64,000 bases of DNA, from positions 84,383 to 148,382 of the forward strand of contig NZBN01000007.1 in the NCBI GenBank assembly GCA_002687935.1. Reading direction: 5' to 3'. Positions 49,701-57,630 of this stretch are shown here, piece by piece (the first letter of the stretch is position 1; the number at the start of each line of letters is the position of its first letter). Origin of the DNA: Methanobacteriota archaeon (GTDB taxonomy: Archaea > Undinarchaeota > Undinarchaeia > Undinarchaeales > Undinarchaeaceae). The notes under the pieces are model-generated. The model was not told the DNA's origin. It worked only from the letters and a program-made list of their open reading frames with translations, and searched no databases. A program made the translations under genes and the position numbers.

Positions 49701-51756
49701 CATTTCTGACAGCAACTCATTAGATATAACTCAGAATATCTCAATTAGCTTCTGGCTCAATATCACAGCCCTTCCTACAGCCTATTCAACAATAATTTTG
49801 GGCAAGGCGAACACCTCAACTCACTGGGCCGGTCCTTACTGGTTTGAGCTCTACGGAAACAACAACCCATCAGGAAAGACTCTGTCTTTCTGGATTGCCA
49901 ACGCATCCGACCAAGGAAGTTCAATAAATCATGCCAACTCTGCAAGTCTTTCCTACCAACATATAGTTGGAACTTATGATGGAAAGACTATGAGGCTCTT
50001 CGTGAATGGAACGCAGGTCAGTTCCAAGGCAATATCTGCCACACTAAAAACTAATGCACATCCCTTCTATATCGGAAAGGGCTACGGAGGTACGAGCTAC
50101 GGGGGCAATTACAGCGATGTAGTTGTTGACGAACTTACAGTTTACGACAGAACTTTGACGGCTCAGCAGATTTCTACAATTTACAATTCCGGAACTCCAA
50201 AATACAATGTCACTGTTGCTGAAGAGCTAAAGCGCGGAGAGATTTGGAAGGTCAATGTCACTCCTATTGACAAGTACAGGAGCGGTCCAACTAAAACTTC
50301 TGCAACTGTTACAATAATGAACTCTGTCCCTACTCAGATTTCTCCAATCCTCAATGCGACTGACGACCCTCTCAACAGGACTGATGCAAATCTTACAGCA
50401 TACAACAAGTCAACGAATGATGTGGATAATGATACTGTAATTAATGTCTTCAACTGGGTTGTCAATGAAAGTTCAATAACAGTACTGAATATGCCATTTG
50501 AAATAGGAAATGGAACTCTAGGTGTTGCTGTACAGGACTGGTCAGGCGCAGAGAGAGACGGAAGTATAATGGGCGGAGCTCTGACCTGGACTACAGGCGG
50601 CCCTGCAAATAACTTCTACAATTTCGGTGGTACAAACGAATATGTCTCAATTCCTTATAGCGCTGACTTTAACTTTGCAGGAGCTTCTCCCTTTACTCTG
50701 AACCTTTGGCTGAGGACTTCAACTACTTCAAAACAGGGAATTTTCCAGGTACTTGATGAGGCAATGGAGGCACGGGGCGGCTGTGGTGCTGGTCCTCCTG
50801 GTGCAATGTACTTCCTTTACCAAAAGGCAGGACCTCCTTCTTTTGTCGAATTCATAATCTGTGATGGTTCCGGTCAAAAAGACACTATAACAGGTATTCG
50901 TGATGTTGCAGATGGAAACTGGCATATGATTACGGTTACGAAGACTGCCGTTGACTTAAATCTGTTTTATGACGGTGCTCCAGATATTCTAGGAATTCCT
51001 CATACCCAAATCAACATCCCCGGCAAGAGAGCATCCGATCCTAACTCTAATCAGACAATTGGAAGAGTAAAGGACACGCAAACTCTCGGCGGAACTTTCT
51101 ATTATGATGGAGATATAGATGATGTTATTGTTTACAACCGAGCTCTGAGTGTGCAACAAATTGGTCTTATATACAACGCCGGCACGGCAAAATATGATGC
51201 CCAGAATGCCGCTGAGACAAATGAGGGTGATGTCTGGTATGTAAACGTCACTCCTATCGATTTAATATCCAATGGAACTACCAACAGGTCCAACAATGTA
51301 AGCACTGGAGCAGTTGTGACTCTAACACTGTCCAACTGCGATGTCAGTTTCGGAAATATGATTCCGGGGCAGGCGGACAACACCACGGACGGTTCTCCAA
51401 CGCCTTGTGTTGTTAACAACACAGGAAATGTTGATGTAAATCTATCAGTTGAGAAGAATGCCAGTCTCTTTAGTACAGGGGATGGTTCAGGCTCAGGCTC
51501 GACTGTAAACTTCGGAGTTATGATAGCTAACACAAGCGGTTCTACTTCCTGTTGTGTAGGGACAGGTTCCGGCGGTCGCTGTGTCGGAGGAAACTTCAGC
51601 GTTATTAACAGCTCAATAAATGAAGTTGTCCGCAACTTGTCATATATTGATGGCAGTGATGCCTGCGAACTTGAATATTCTGTCAAAATTCCAAGTGAGG
51701 AGCCTCCTGGGTTGAAGAACGCTACGGTTTTTGTTACTGGAGCAAAATCTGGTTAA
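46783..51756 (+). CDS. Giant multi-domain surface adhesin (GPYYY head, TM, Calx-beta, 2x LamG, C-terminal pilin-like domain)
   Basis: TTG start after GGTG; TM at aa 83-99; Calx-beta about 48595-48918; LamG FDG/YDG/DEL motifs; many N-x-S/T sequons. Confidence 0.85.
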   Translation: MVYKRYIKKGGKKVGPYYYDSMRDADGKVRTIYIGRDPTEYLRKKESSKNNISSPSSNSSSPMRKIPSRPLGGYRKTKVDSKFIGFSLVFLALIAVVLSSPLSDAPTGLLAGGQKVSTSWENVEFLQIATGQRAVSHHIVFGSNKPEACEDGIFVLSGNGEEVDFTLTDKIISGGECQKAIIHFTAGPEADIAAVLGLFEIDEINLASEYSIFYGLVISGGVGSSPSTVEAADEQELQDIHLESSQIVAGEDIMWTKKVKVQNTEKRPRTLDVSIGIPDDAKSVTFTSYTSPNEFFVSDTVEGQSVDYEYSLESLESETFEVEYVTEGPVVEESNLSEADGRLTKTVNVSSDYHYENVLTYAAVPDLEPEQVHLFWIIDGIKTDVTERADFNVSFYDENGDGLIDKMSWVVPHLSTQEFVLVFDITVINPWHYGASGEDWIVYFNTTGEGTLNISKDSLADSVLSFNWIKCGIATLTPIIDGPSVIVYNYSCDYKGSISHTISEMPSEVFSQTLNFGNDLYNDVDFAYDPSCTEELQHPITCDTSTYPGGGPGITCDMMFGLPVVYQDGTNCFATGAPGTGMECTNMGPPVSVECAVFSSGIPEATITASDATATEAGLTTGDFTIALDSAASGNLVIDFTVSGNATSGSDYTSIGTVATVKNGFDNVVVTVTPLYDRLIDESETVIVTLDSGSGYTMGIPYSATVTITNNDHRFTMGTEGTTSAYTVNGSTNMTILNNTIYNTDQIINFTHSTHGVRLALNAPLSTSFINLTSLVIDASYLKTAINFTSVSGPDSANHTIYFPLTGAGGYICPDANATSQVSSGCSKVVTFSHPEALNGSAKGGFQFYIEGSSYKIMNLSGSGGGGWEQPGHTTPLLNMTDNPNNTSSANLTAWNQSTNQNNSVAVYNNYDWIVNNTSIAVVNMAFDVNNSTGVNNYGNGSSGVVSGPTHMSNASCKRGGCYKFDGVNDFINISDSNSLDITQNISISFWLNITALPTAYSTIILGKANTSTHWAGPYWFELYGNNNPSGKTLSFWIANASDQGSSINHANSASLSYQHIVGTYDGKTMRLFVNGTQVSSKAISATLKTNAHPFYIGKGYGGTSYGGNYSDVVVDELTVYDRTLTAQQISTIYNSGTPKYNVTVAEELKRGEIWKVNVTPIDKYRSGPTKTSATVTIMNSVPTQISPILNATDDPLNRTDANLTAYNKSTNDVDNDTVINVFNWVVNESSITVLNMPFEIGNGTLGVAVQDWSGAERDGSIMGGALTWTTGGPANNFYNFGGTNEYVSIPYSADFNFAGASPFTLNLWLRTSTTSKQGIFQVLDEAMEARGGCGAGPPGAMYFLYQKAGPPSFVEFIICDGSGQKDTITGIRDVADGNWHMITVTKTAVDLNLFYDGAPDILGIPHTQINIPGKRASDPNSNQTIGRVKDTQTLGGTFYYDGDIDDVIVYNRALSVQQIGLIYNAGTAKYDAQNAAETNEGDVWYVNVTPIDLISNGTTNRSNNVSTGAVVTLTLSNCDVSFGNMIPGQADNTTDGSPTPCVVNNTGNVDVNLSVEKNASLFSTGDGSGSGSTVNFGVMIANTSGSTSCCVGTGSGGRCVGGNFSVINSSINEVVRNLSYIDGSDACELEYSVKIPSEEPPGLKNATVFVTGAKSG

Positions 51757-51787
51757 GTTTATATACCTCTTAGACGTATTCCGAATT

Positions 51788-52021
51788 ATGAAAGAAACTA
51801 TGTCTGTAAGGTCTTTTTCCGTGTTACTCATTGCTGTTGTGTTTATCTCTGTTATTGGAACTACATTAGTTCTTCAGAGTCTTGGATTTTTATCTCTTCC
51901 GACCTCTGTAGATGCAGGCTCTGCTACAGTTTCAGTTACTGTAGTTTCTCCGGATTCTGTAGTCGGCATAGAAACCACTGGTGAGGTGAAAGTCGACATA
52001 ATTTCAGAAGAATCAACGTGA
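51788..52021 (+). CDS. 77-aa signal/TM protein carrying only two beta-strand motifs
   Basis: ATG 51788 after TATA at about 51758-65; ATVSVTVV and TTGEVKVDI strands; shares SV[IL]GTT with the next gene. Confidence 0.65.
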   Translation: MKETMSVRSFSVLLIAVVFISVIGTTLVLQSLGFLSLPTSVDAGSATVSVTVVSPDSVVGIETTGEVKVDIISEEST

Positions 52022-52070
52022 TTGCAATAAAGTATATATAGCATATTTTTCACGTTAGAGTAGTAAAAAA

Positions 52071-52703
52071 ATGGCAAAACAAATAGAATCAGGAACAGCG
52101 GCATTTGTGCTTACTCTTGTAGCTATTGTCTCAGTTCTTGGAACTACTGCAATACTTACTTCTGGTGGTCCTGTGCCCTTTATTACAGGTTTTGCAACAT
52201 CTGGAGCCAACAATACAACTGCAACAGCCTCTGTTAATGTCTCTGAGTATGTTATAATGTCTCTCAATTCTTCTGTTCTAAAATTCGGAGAGGATGCTCC
52301 ACTTACTCCTGGAGCCTCGGACGATACAACTGACGGAAATCCTGACCCACTTATCCTTACTAATGATGGTAATGTTGAAATGAACGTTTCAGTCCAGAAA
52401 AACGACGATTTGTTCACAACAGATGTTGCGGGAAGCCTCCAGATAAAAGCTCTTAATGACACTGCAGGAGACAACGCCGGCTGTGGTACAGGAGGAGGTA
52501 CTGGAAGGATGGTGGACTCCTTCGCAGACATTAATGACAGTCCAAATCCAGACCAGATTATCAAAAACCTTGGATATGTTGCTGCAAACGATACCTGCGC
52601 AATACACCTAAAAGTTACAGTTCCATCTGATGAGCCTGCAGGAAATTACACTTCAGTTCTTACATTCACTGGAGTAAAAAGAGGCTATCTACTCCTAAAG
52701 TAG
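52071..52703 (+). CDS. Putative fimbrial subunit A (paralogue of the adhesin C-terminal domain)
   Basis: Signal + ITGFATSGANNTTATASVNVSE; shared FG, TTDxxPxP, NxGN, KNLxY and VPSDExG motifs. Confidence 0.75.
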   Translation: MAKQIESGTAAFVLTLVAIVSVLGTTAILTSGGPVPFITGFATSGANNTTATASVNVSEYVIMSLNSSVLKFGEDAPLTPGASDDTTDGNPDPLILTNDGNVEMNVSVQKNDDLFTTDVAGSLQIKALNDTAGDNAGCGTGGGTGRMVDSFADINDSPNPDQIIKNLGYVAANDTCAIHLKVTVPSDEPAGNYTSVLTFTGVKRGYLLLK

Positions 52704-52751
52704 TGGTGGCTTTGTTTGCTGCACTTGGTTTCCTGTCATACTGGTTTCACC

Positions 52752-53363
52752 ATGCAAGGAAAAATAAAGACAAACATAGCAATTCTGGCAATTATTCCGA
52801 CTGTACTAATAGTGATTATATTGATCCTTTCCTCAATGGGTTCATTCAACATATCATTGTCAGGTTTCACAACAGCCGGAGCTAACAACACGACTCTAAT
52901 GGCATCTGTAAATGTTTCAGAAACTATTACCTTGTCTCTTTCAGCTGCGACTATAAACTTCGGCTCCCTTGTCCAAGGTACAGCAAACAATACAACAAAC
53001 GACGCTCCAAATCCATTTATTCTCGTCAATGGAGGGAATATTGGTATAGATTTGACAATTAAAATGAATCAGAGTCCCTTCAACGGAACAGGAAGTGGAA
53101 ATAATACGAACACTTTCAGATTCAAAGCCGGAAACTGCTCTACAGCAGTCTGCGGCACCGGTAATACTAGTGTATTCAATTGGGGTTCTTCCCAGACAAG
53201 TTTCCAGAATTTCACCACTGTGGCTCAGAACCTTATTAAAAATCTGAGCTATACAAGTGGAAATGATATTGCTGAAGCGGAGCTACTTCTTAGTGTTCCC
53301 AGCGATGAATCAACTGGCACAAAGTCAGTTGCAATAACTTTCACAGCCTCCAAAACCGAATAG
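52752..53363 (+). CDS. Putative fimbrial subunit B
   Basis: Signal + LSGFTTAGANNTTLMASVNVSE; same domain motifs. Start moved to ATG 52752. Confidence 0.75.
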   Translation: MQGKIKTNIAILAIIPTVLIVIILILSSMGSFNISLSGFTTAGANNTTLMASVNVSETITLSLSAATINFGSLVQGTANNTTNDAPNPFILVNGGNIGIDLTIKMNQSPFNGTGSGNNTNTFRFKAGNCSTAVCGTGNTSVFNWGSSQTSFQNFTTVAQNLIKNLSYTSGNDIAEAELLLSVPSDESTGTKSVAITFTASKTE

Positions 53364-53398
53364 AGGTGACTTTTATATATTAGTGCGAAATATTGTCT

Positions 53399-54577
53399 AT
53401 GATGAGATTGGGTAAGCTTCTGACGATTGGTTTAGTATTCTTTTTTCTATTAGTGTCCAACGTACAAGCAATAGGAATAACTCCTGCCCGTGTTACTGTT
53501 GATTTTGAGCCCGGTATGGAGGGCGTTAAAAACTTCTGCGTAATCAACAATCAGAAAAAGAGTATGGGTGTTGACCTTTTCGTGAACGGCGGATTGGCAG
53601 AATATATTGAGCTCAGTGCTACGAGGGCTACAATAAACCCGGCAGAGTATTCAAAATGCTTTAGTTACATTTATTCTCTTCCTGACAGGATGGAACCCGG
53701 AACGCACGAAGCACGAATAGGTGTTACTGAAATTCCCCCCGAAAATATATTCGAGGGTACAGGAATCAGCACAAGGGCAAGCGTTCTCAGCCAGTTCAGG
53801 GTCTTTGTTCCTCCTGAAGGAAGTCACATACAAATCGAGAGGATTCTCACAAGCCAGGCTGATGTTGGTCATCAGGTAAGTATCAAACTTCTTGTCAGGA
53901 GCATAGGAACGGAAGACACAGAATTTTATGGTGATGTTAAAATTTCTGATTCTAATAATGTCAATCTTGGAACTCTCTCTGTTCCAAAAACTCTTGTTAC
54001 AGCAGGAGCCGTCAAGATAGTTGAGCTAAACTGGGGTGGTTCTACAATTCCTGGTCGATATTCAATTCTCGCCAGTCTGACTTACGACGAAGGTGTTGAA
54101 ACAACTGAAACTGCTGAAATAAAAATTGGTGGAGAGCACGTGGATATAATTGCAGAAGATTCTATGCAGGTTGCCCTTGACGATATCTCTAATTTTATCC
54201 TGACAGTCGAGAACTTCTGGAGCGAAGAGATAGAAGATGTCTCAGGTCGAATAGTGATACAGGACAGCGCAGGAAAAACTGTTGAACAACTGAGTATAGA
54301 ATCTTTTGACCTCAAGGCTCTCGGAACTAAGAACATGAACCTGTTCTGGGACTCAAGAGACGCTGCTGAAGGTGAATATCTTGTCACAATTGTTCTTGAT
54401 TATCTCGACGGTAAGGTTTCAACAAAGAAGATAACACTATCTATCGGAGCCGTCTCAGCAGTAGCAGAATCAAGTTCAGTTGATGCACCAAGTCAGGAAT
54501 TAGTTGCAACACTTTCACTTCTGCTCATTGTTCTAGTTATCCTAACTATTATCTACGTAGCAATAAGGAAGAAGTAA
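53399..54577 (+). CDS. DUF916/PapD-like Ig protein with further Ig domains and C-terminal TM anchor
   Basis: Signal ending VQA, then IGITPARVTVDFEPG...N; PGRY; C-terminal TM plus RKK. Confidence 0.65.
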   Translation: MMRLGKLLTIGLVFFFLLVSNVQAIGITPARVTVDFEPGMEGVKNFCVINNQKKSMGVDLFVNGGLAEYIELSATRATINPAEYSKCFSYIYSLPDRMEPGTHEARIGVTEIPPENIFEGTGISTRASVLSQFRVFVPPEGSHIQIERILTSQADVGHQVSIKLLVRSIGTEDTEFYGDVKISDSNNVNLGTLSVPKTLVTAGAVKIVELNWGGSTIPGRYSILASLTYDEGVETTETAEIKIGGEHVDIIAEDSMQVALDDISNFILTVENFWSEEIEDVSGRIVIQDSAGKTVEQLSIESFDLKALGTKNMNLFWDSRDAAEGEYLVTIVLDYLDGKVSTKKITLSIGAVSAVAESSSVDAPSQELVATLSLLLIVLVILTIIYVAIRKK

Positions 54578-56299
54578 ATGCCCCCCAAATCAAAAAAGAT
54601 TCCGAAAATTGCAGTTATTGCAGTATTCCTTGCGGTTCTTGCAACTCTAATTGCTCTTTCAGGTCCTTCTTACGAATATGAGCTCCAAGAGCTTGATATG
54701 CATCTTACAGTTGGCAAGAGTCTGGGCTTTAATGTAGATTCAGATGCAGTGTATTTTGGAACCACTTTTCCTGGGGGAAGCTCAACTCGTGAAATTATAA
54801 TCTTCAATAATCAAACAAGAGATGCCTATGTAACTGTTGGTGCAAAGGGTGACCTTTCAAACTGGGTGTCAGTCTCTAAAAACAATTTTACGATTCCTGG
54901 AAAGTCAGGGACTACTCTTAAAGTAACTGCGTCCCCTCCTGGGTCAGCAATCCAGGGGAATTACAGCGCTGTTCTACAAATCTTTCTCAGATATCAAAAA
55001 GCTGATAGCAAGGTAAGCGGTCTTGCCGCTGGGGCGGTCAATTTCTCTGTAACAGCGGTTGGCGACGTCACAGCTCCTGTTATAACTGCAGTAACTATAA
55101 CTTCAGACCTTTCTGACGGAGATACAGCAACAATAAGGGCAAATGTTACTGATGACATTGCGGTCGACACAGTTTTCGCAACAGTTGATGTAAGCAGTTC
55201 TCTGACAAATTACACAATGTCACAGGAAGGTTCGACTGATTTCTATAGTACAACATTTACTGCGGCAGAGGGAACCCATTCTTACATCGTGACTGCCAAC
55301 GATACATCTGGAAACTCGACAAATACTAGCTATACAAGCTTTACAGTGTCTGCTCCACCGGCTACTGCAGTTGGCGACGTAAGTGGGGGTGGAGGCGGTG
55401 GCGGAGGTGGAGTCGGCGGAACTATGGCAGAATCTTTTAGAGTACATATCAAAGCTCCAGAAATCGTTTCTGCCTACAGTGACGAAGAAAAAACCATAAC
55501 TGTTATAGTGTCAAACCTCGGAAATGGAGTTCTTACAGACCTCTCTCTTTCTGCAAGCGGAAGAATTTCTCCTTATACAATTACTCCTCCCACAATCAAG
55601 GCTCTGTCTCCCGGAATGCGTGCTACCTTCCTTCTCAAACTTACTGCTCCTGATATTGTCGACGACAATGAGTTCAATATAACAATCAGTGCTTCTTCAA
55701 AACAGGCAAGCACTTCTTCCAGTTTCCTTCTCAAAGTAATTGGTATACAAAAACCTGCTCTTGAAATACGACTTCAGCAGAGTTTCGATGAAATAGAAAA
55801 ACTTCTGGATGAAATCTGGTCTGAGGCAGAATGGCTCGCTCTTCGGGGAGCAGAGGTCTCAAAAGTATTTACACTTCTAGATAGTGCCAAGTCCTCCCTT
55901 GAAGAGGCGAAGGCGGCAATTGGACCGCTCGGTTATACTGCGGCGCAGGAAAAGCGGGATGAAGCCAGAGCCTTCCTGGAGGATGCCGTCATAGCTCTTG
56001 GTGAGGCACAACCTTCAATCAAATTTACTCTGACAAATACGGCTATACTCTTTATTGCTCTCGCAGTTCTTATTGTAAGTGCTCTAACCATCTATACTAT
56101 ACGGAATGCAGGAAAGACACGTTCTACATATAAAACAATTAAGTCCCGCGAAAGAGCTCAGAAAGGAAGGATGGACAAACGTAAACAGATCCGTCTAAAG
56201 AAGCAGGCAGCCCTGATAAAAGAGGCGTATAAAGAAGGCCACATTAGCAAGAAGACCTATGAAAAATCCAGGCGGAAGCTTAAGCGTAGCAAGAAATAA
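54578..56299 (+). CDS. Multi-Ig membrane protein with N-terminal anchor, helical region, C-terminal TM and basic SHOCT-like tail
   Basis: VYFGTTFPG Ig domain, DVTAP...ANDTSGN domain, poly-Gly linker, TM, AYKEGHISKKTY. Confidence 0.7.
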   Translation: MPPKSKKIPKIAVIAVFLAVLATLIALSGPSYEYELQELDMHLTVGKSLGFNVDSDAVYFGTTFPGGSSTREIIIFNNQTRDAYVTVGAKGDLSNWVSVSKNNFTIPGKSGTTLKVTASPPGSAIQGNYSAVLQIFLRYQKADSKVSGLAAGAVNFSVTAVGDVTAPVITAVTITSDLSDGDTATIRANVTDDIAVDTVFATVDVSSSLTNYTMSQEGSTDFYSTTFTAAEGTHSYIVTANDTSGNSTNTSYTSFTVSAPPATAVGDVSGGGGGGGGGVGGTMAESFRVHIKAPEIVSAYSDEEKTITVIVSNLGNGVLTDLSLSASGRISPYTITPPTIKALSPGMRATFLLKLTAPDIVDDNEFNITISASSKQASTSSSFLLKVIGIQKPALEIRLQQSFDEIEKLLDEIWSEAEWLALRGAEVSKVFTLLDSAKSSLEEAKAAIGPLGYTAAQEKRDEARAFLEDAVIALGEAQPSIKFTLTNTAILFIALAVLIVSALTIYTIRNAGKTRSTYKTIKSRERAQKGRMDKRKQIRLKKQAALIKEAYKEGHISKKTYEKSRRKLKRSKK

Positions 56300-56333
56300 A
56301 GATTTATAAAGAAGTAGCTCTTACGGAATTAAT

Positions 56334-56660
56334 ATGGCTGGAGACGCAAAGAAATCTGGAACAAAGGAAAAAGTCCTTGAGACTGAGGATCACGTTCTTG
56401 ACGCCCTAAAGGATTTACAGGCACAACTTGAGCAACTTTCCGAAGAAAAGAGGAAGCTCGAGAATACGGTTGCCAGTGTCGAGGGTAAGATAGAATCAAC
56501 AACTCAAAAAGAGGACGACACAAGGCGTCAGCTTGCTGAGCTTGTAAAGCACGAAGATGCCCTCAGAAGGACTGAGAGAGCTCTCCACAAGAAGCTGGAG
56601 ACACTTAAATCCGAGAGTTCAAGGGTTCTGGAAATAAAATCAAGGCTTCAGGAAGTTTAA
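56334..56660 (+). CDS. Coiled-coil protein
   Basis: 108 aa with heptad-like L/E/K pattern. Confidence 0.65.
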   Translation: MAGDAKKSGTKEKVLETEDHVLDALKDLQAQLEQLSEEKRKLENTVASVEGKIESTTQKEDDTRRQLAELVKHEDALRRTERALHKKLETLKSESSRVLEIKSRLQEV

Positions 56661-56665
56661 TTTAT

Positions 56666-57553
56666 TTAGCTTTGAAATGAAGGCAGGCTGTTTATATTAT
56701 TGCTTATAGTTAGACCTATTGTTCTTGCTATTCTGTCAGAATACGAACCTATAAGCGACTCTAAAAGGCTACCTTCCTGCCCAATCTCAACAAGTGCCAG
56801 GTCTTCTTCTCCAGCAAGCTCCTCAGCCAAACTTATTGCGGATTCTCTACTTCCTACAGAATCAACAAGCCCGAGCTCCAGAGCTTTTTTGCCGATGCAG
56901 GGTCTTCCGTCAGATACTTCAGATAAATCTGCACCTTCCCTTCTTTCACGAACGACTCTTACAAATTCTTCATTTATTTGGTCAACCATATTCTGAAATA
57001 TGGCTTCCTCACTTTCTGTCATTTCTCTATAAGGGTTTCCAATATCCTTATGCTCTCCAGATTTTATTGTAGTCTGGCTCACATTATAATCTTCAAGCAG
57101 TTTCGAAAAGTCTGAAATCTGTATGTAGGCACCTATGCTGCAGGTCATTGAAAGGGGATGTGATACAATTCTGTCTGCTGAAGTAGCTACCCAGTAAGCT
57201 CCTGAGGCTCCGACCTCAGCTATCCAGGCGACTACAGGTTTTTCACTTTGCAGTATTATAGCTGCAATCTCTGCACTTGCCACAGGTGAGCCTCCTGGTG
57301 AGTTTATTTCAACTACAATTGCCTTCACATTGGAATTGTCTTCTGCCTCCTCGAAAAGTCTTGAGAATTCAGATACTGTCATTGCCTCATCCATAAATCC
57401 ACTAGAACTCCTTATAACTCCCTCAAGCCTGACAACTGCAACTGAGTCTTCAAAATAGACTCCGTCTGACCATCCTCCAAACATAAAAATAATTGCAATA
57501 ATTATGAGTGAGATTATTAGTGTTTTAGTCCTTTTTCCTACGTTCTTCGCCAT
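56666..57553 (-). CDS. sppA: Signal peptide peptidase SppA (S49)
   Basis: INSPGGS, GASGAYWVA, SIG, KSGEHKD, ALELGLVD. Confidence 0.93.
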   Translation of the reverse strand: MAKNVGKRTKTLIISLIIIAIIFMFGGWSDGVYFEDSVAVVRLEGVIRSSSGFMDEAMTVSEFSRLFEEAEDNSNVKAIVVEINSPGGSPVASAEIAAIILQSEKPVVAWIAEVGASGAYWVATSADRIVSHPLSMTCSIGAYIQISDFSKLLEDYNVSQTTIKSGEHKDIGNPYREMTESEEAIFQNMVDQINEEFVRVVRERREGADLSEVSDGRPCIGKKALELGLVDSVGSRESAISLAEELAGEEDLALVEIGQEGSLLESLIGSYSDRIARTIGLTISNNINSLPSFQS

Positions 57554-57630
57554 AATTTCCTTAAGTTCTTGGTCTTTAAATATCTGCCCGCCTAAAAAAA
57601 CTTAAATAAGCTTCCTGTCATGATTTGAGT

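Noticed and set aside
49380-50200. Apparent codon/GC shift in LamG unit 1 and in minD/pheT
   Set aside because: Visual impression only; needs a computed GC3/codon-usage scan before any HGT claim.
52703-52885. 60-aa ORF between subunits A and B
   Set aside because: Overlaps the subunit B start in another frame; no supporting features.
52071-53363. Type IV pilin / archaellin interpretation of the small subunits
   Set aside because: No [KR]G-hydrophobic class III cleavage site with E5/Q, and no assembly ATPase or TadC-like gene nearby.
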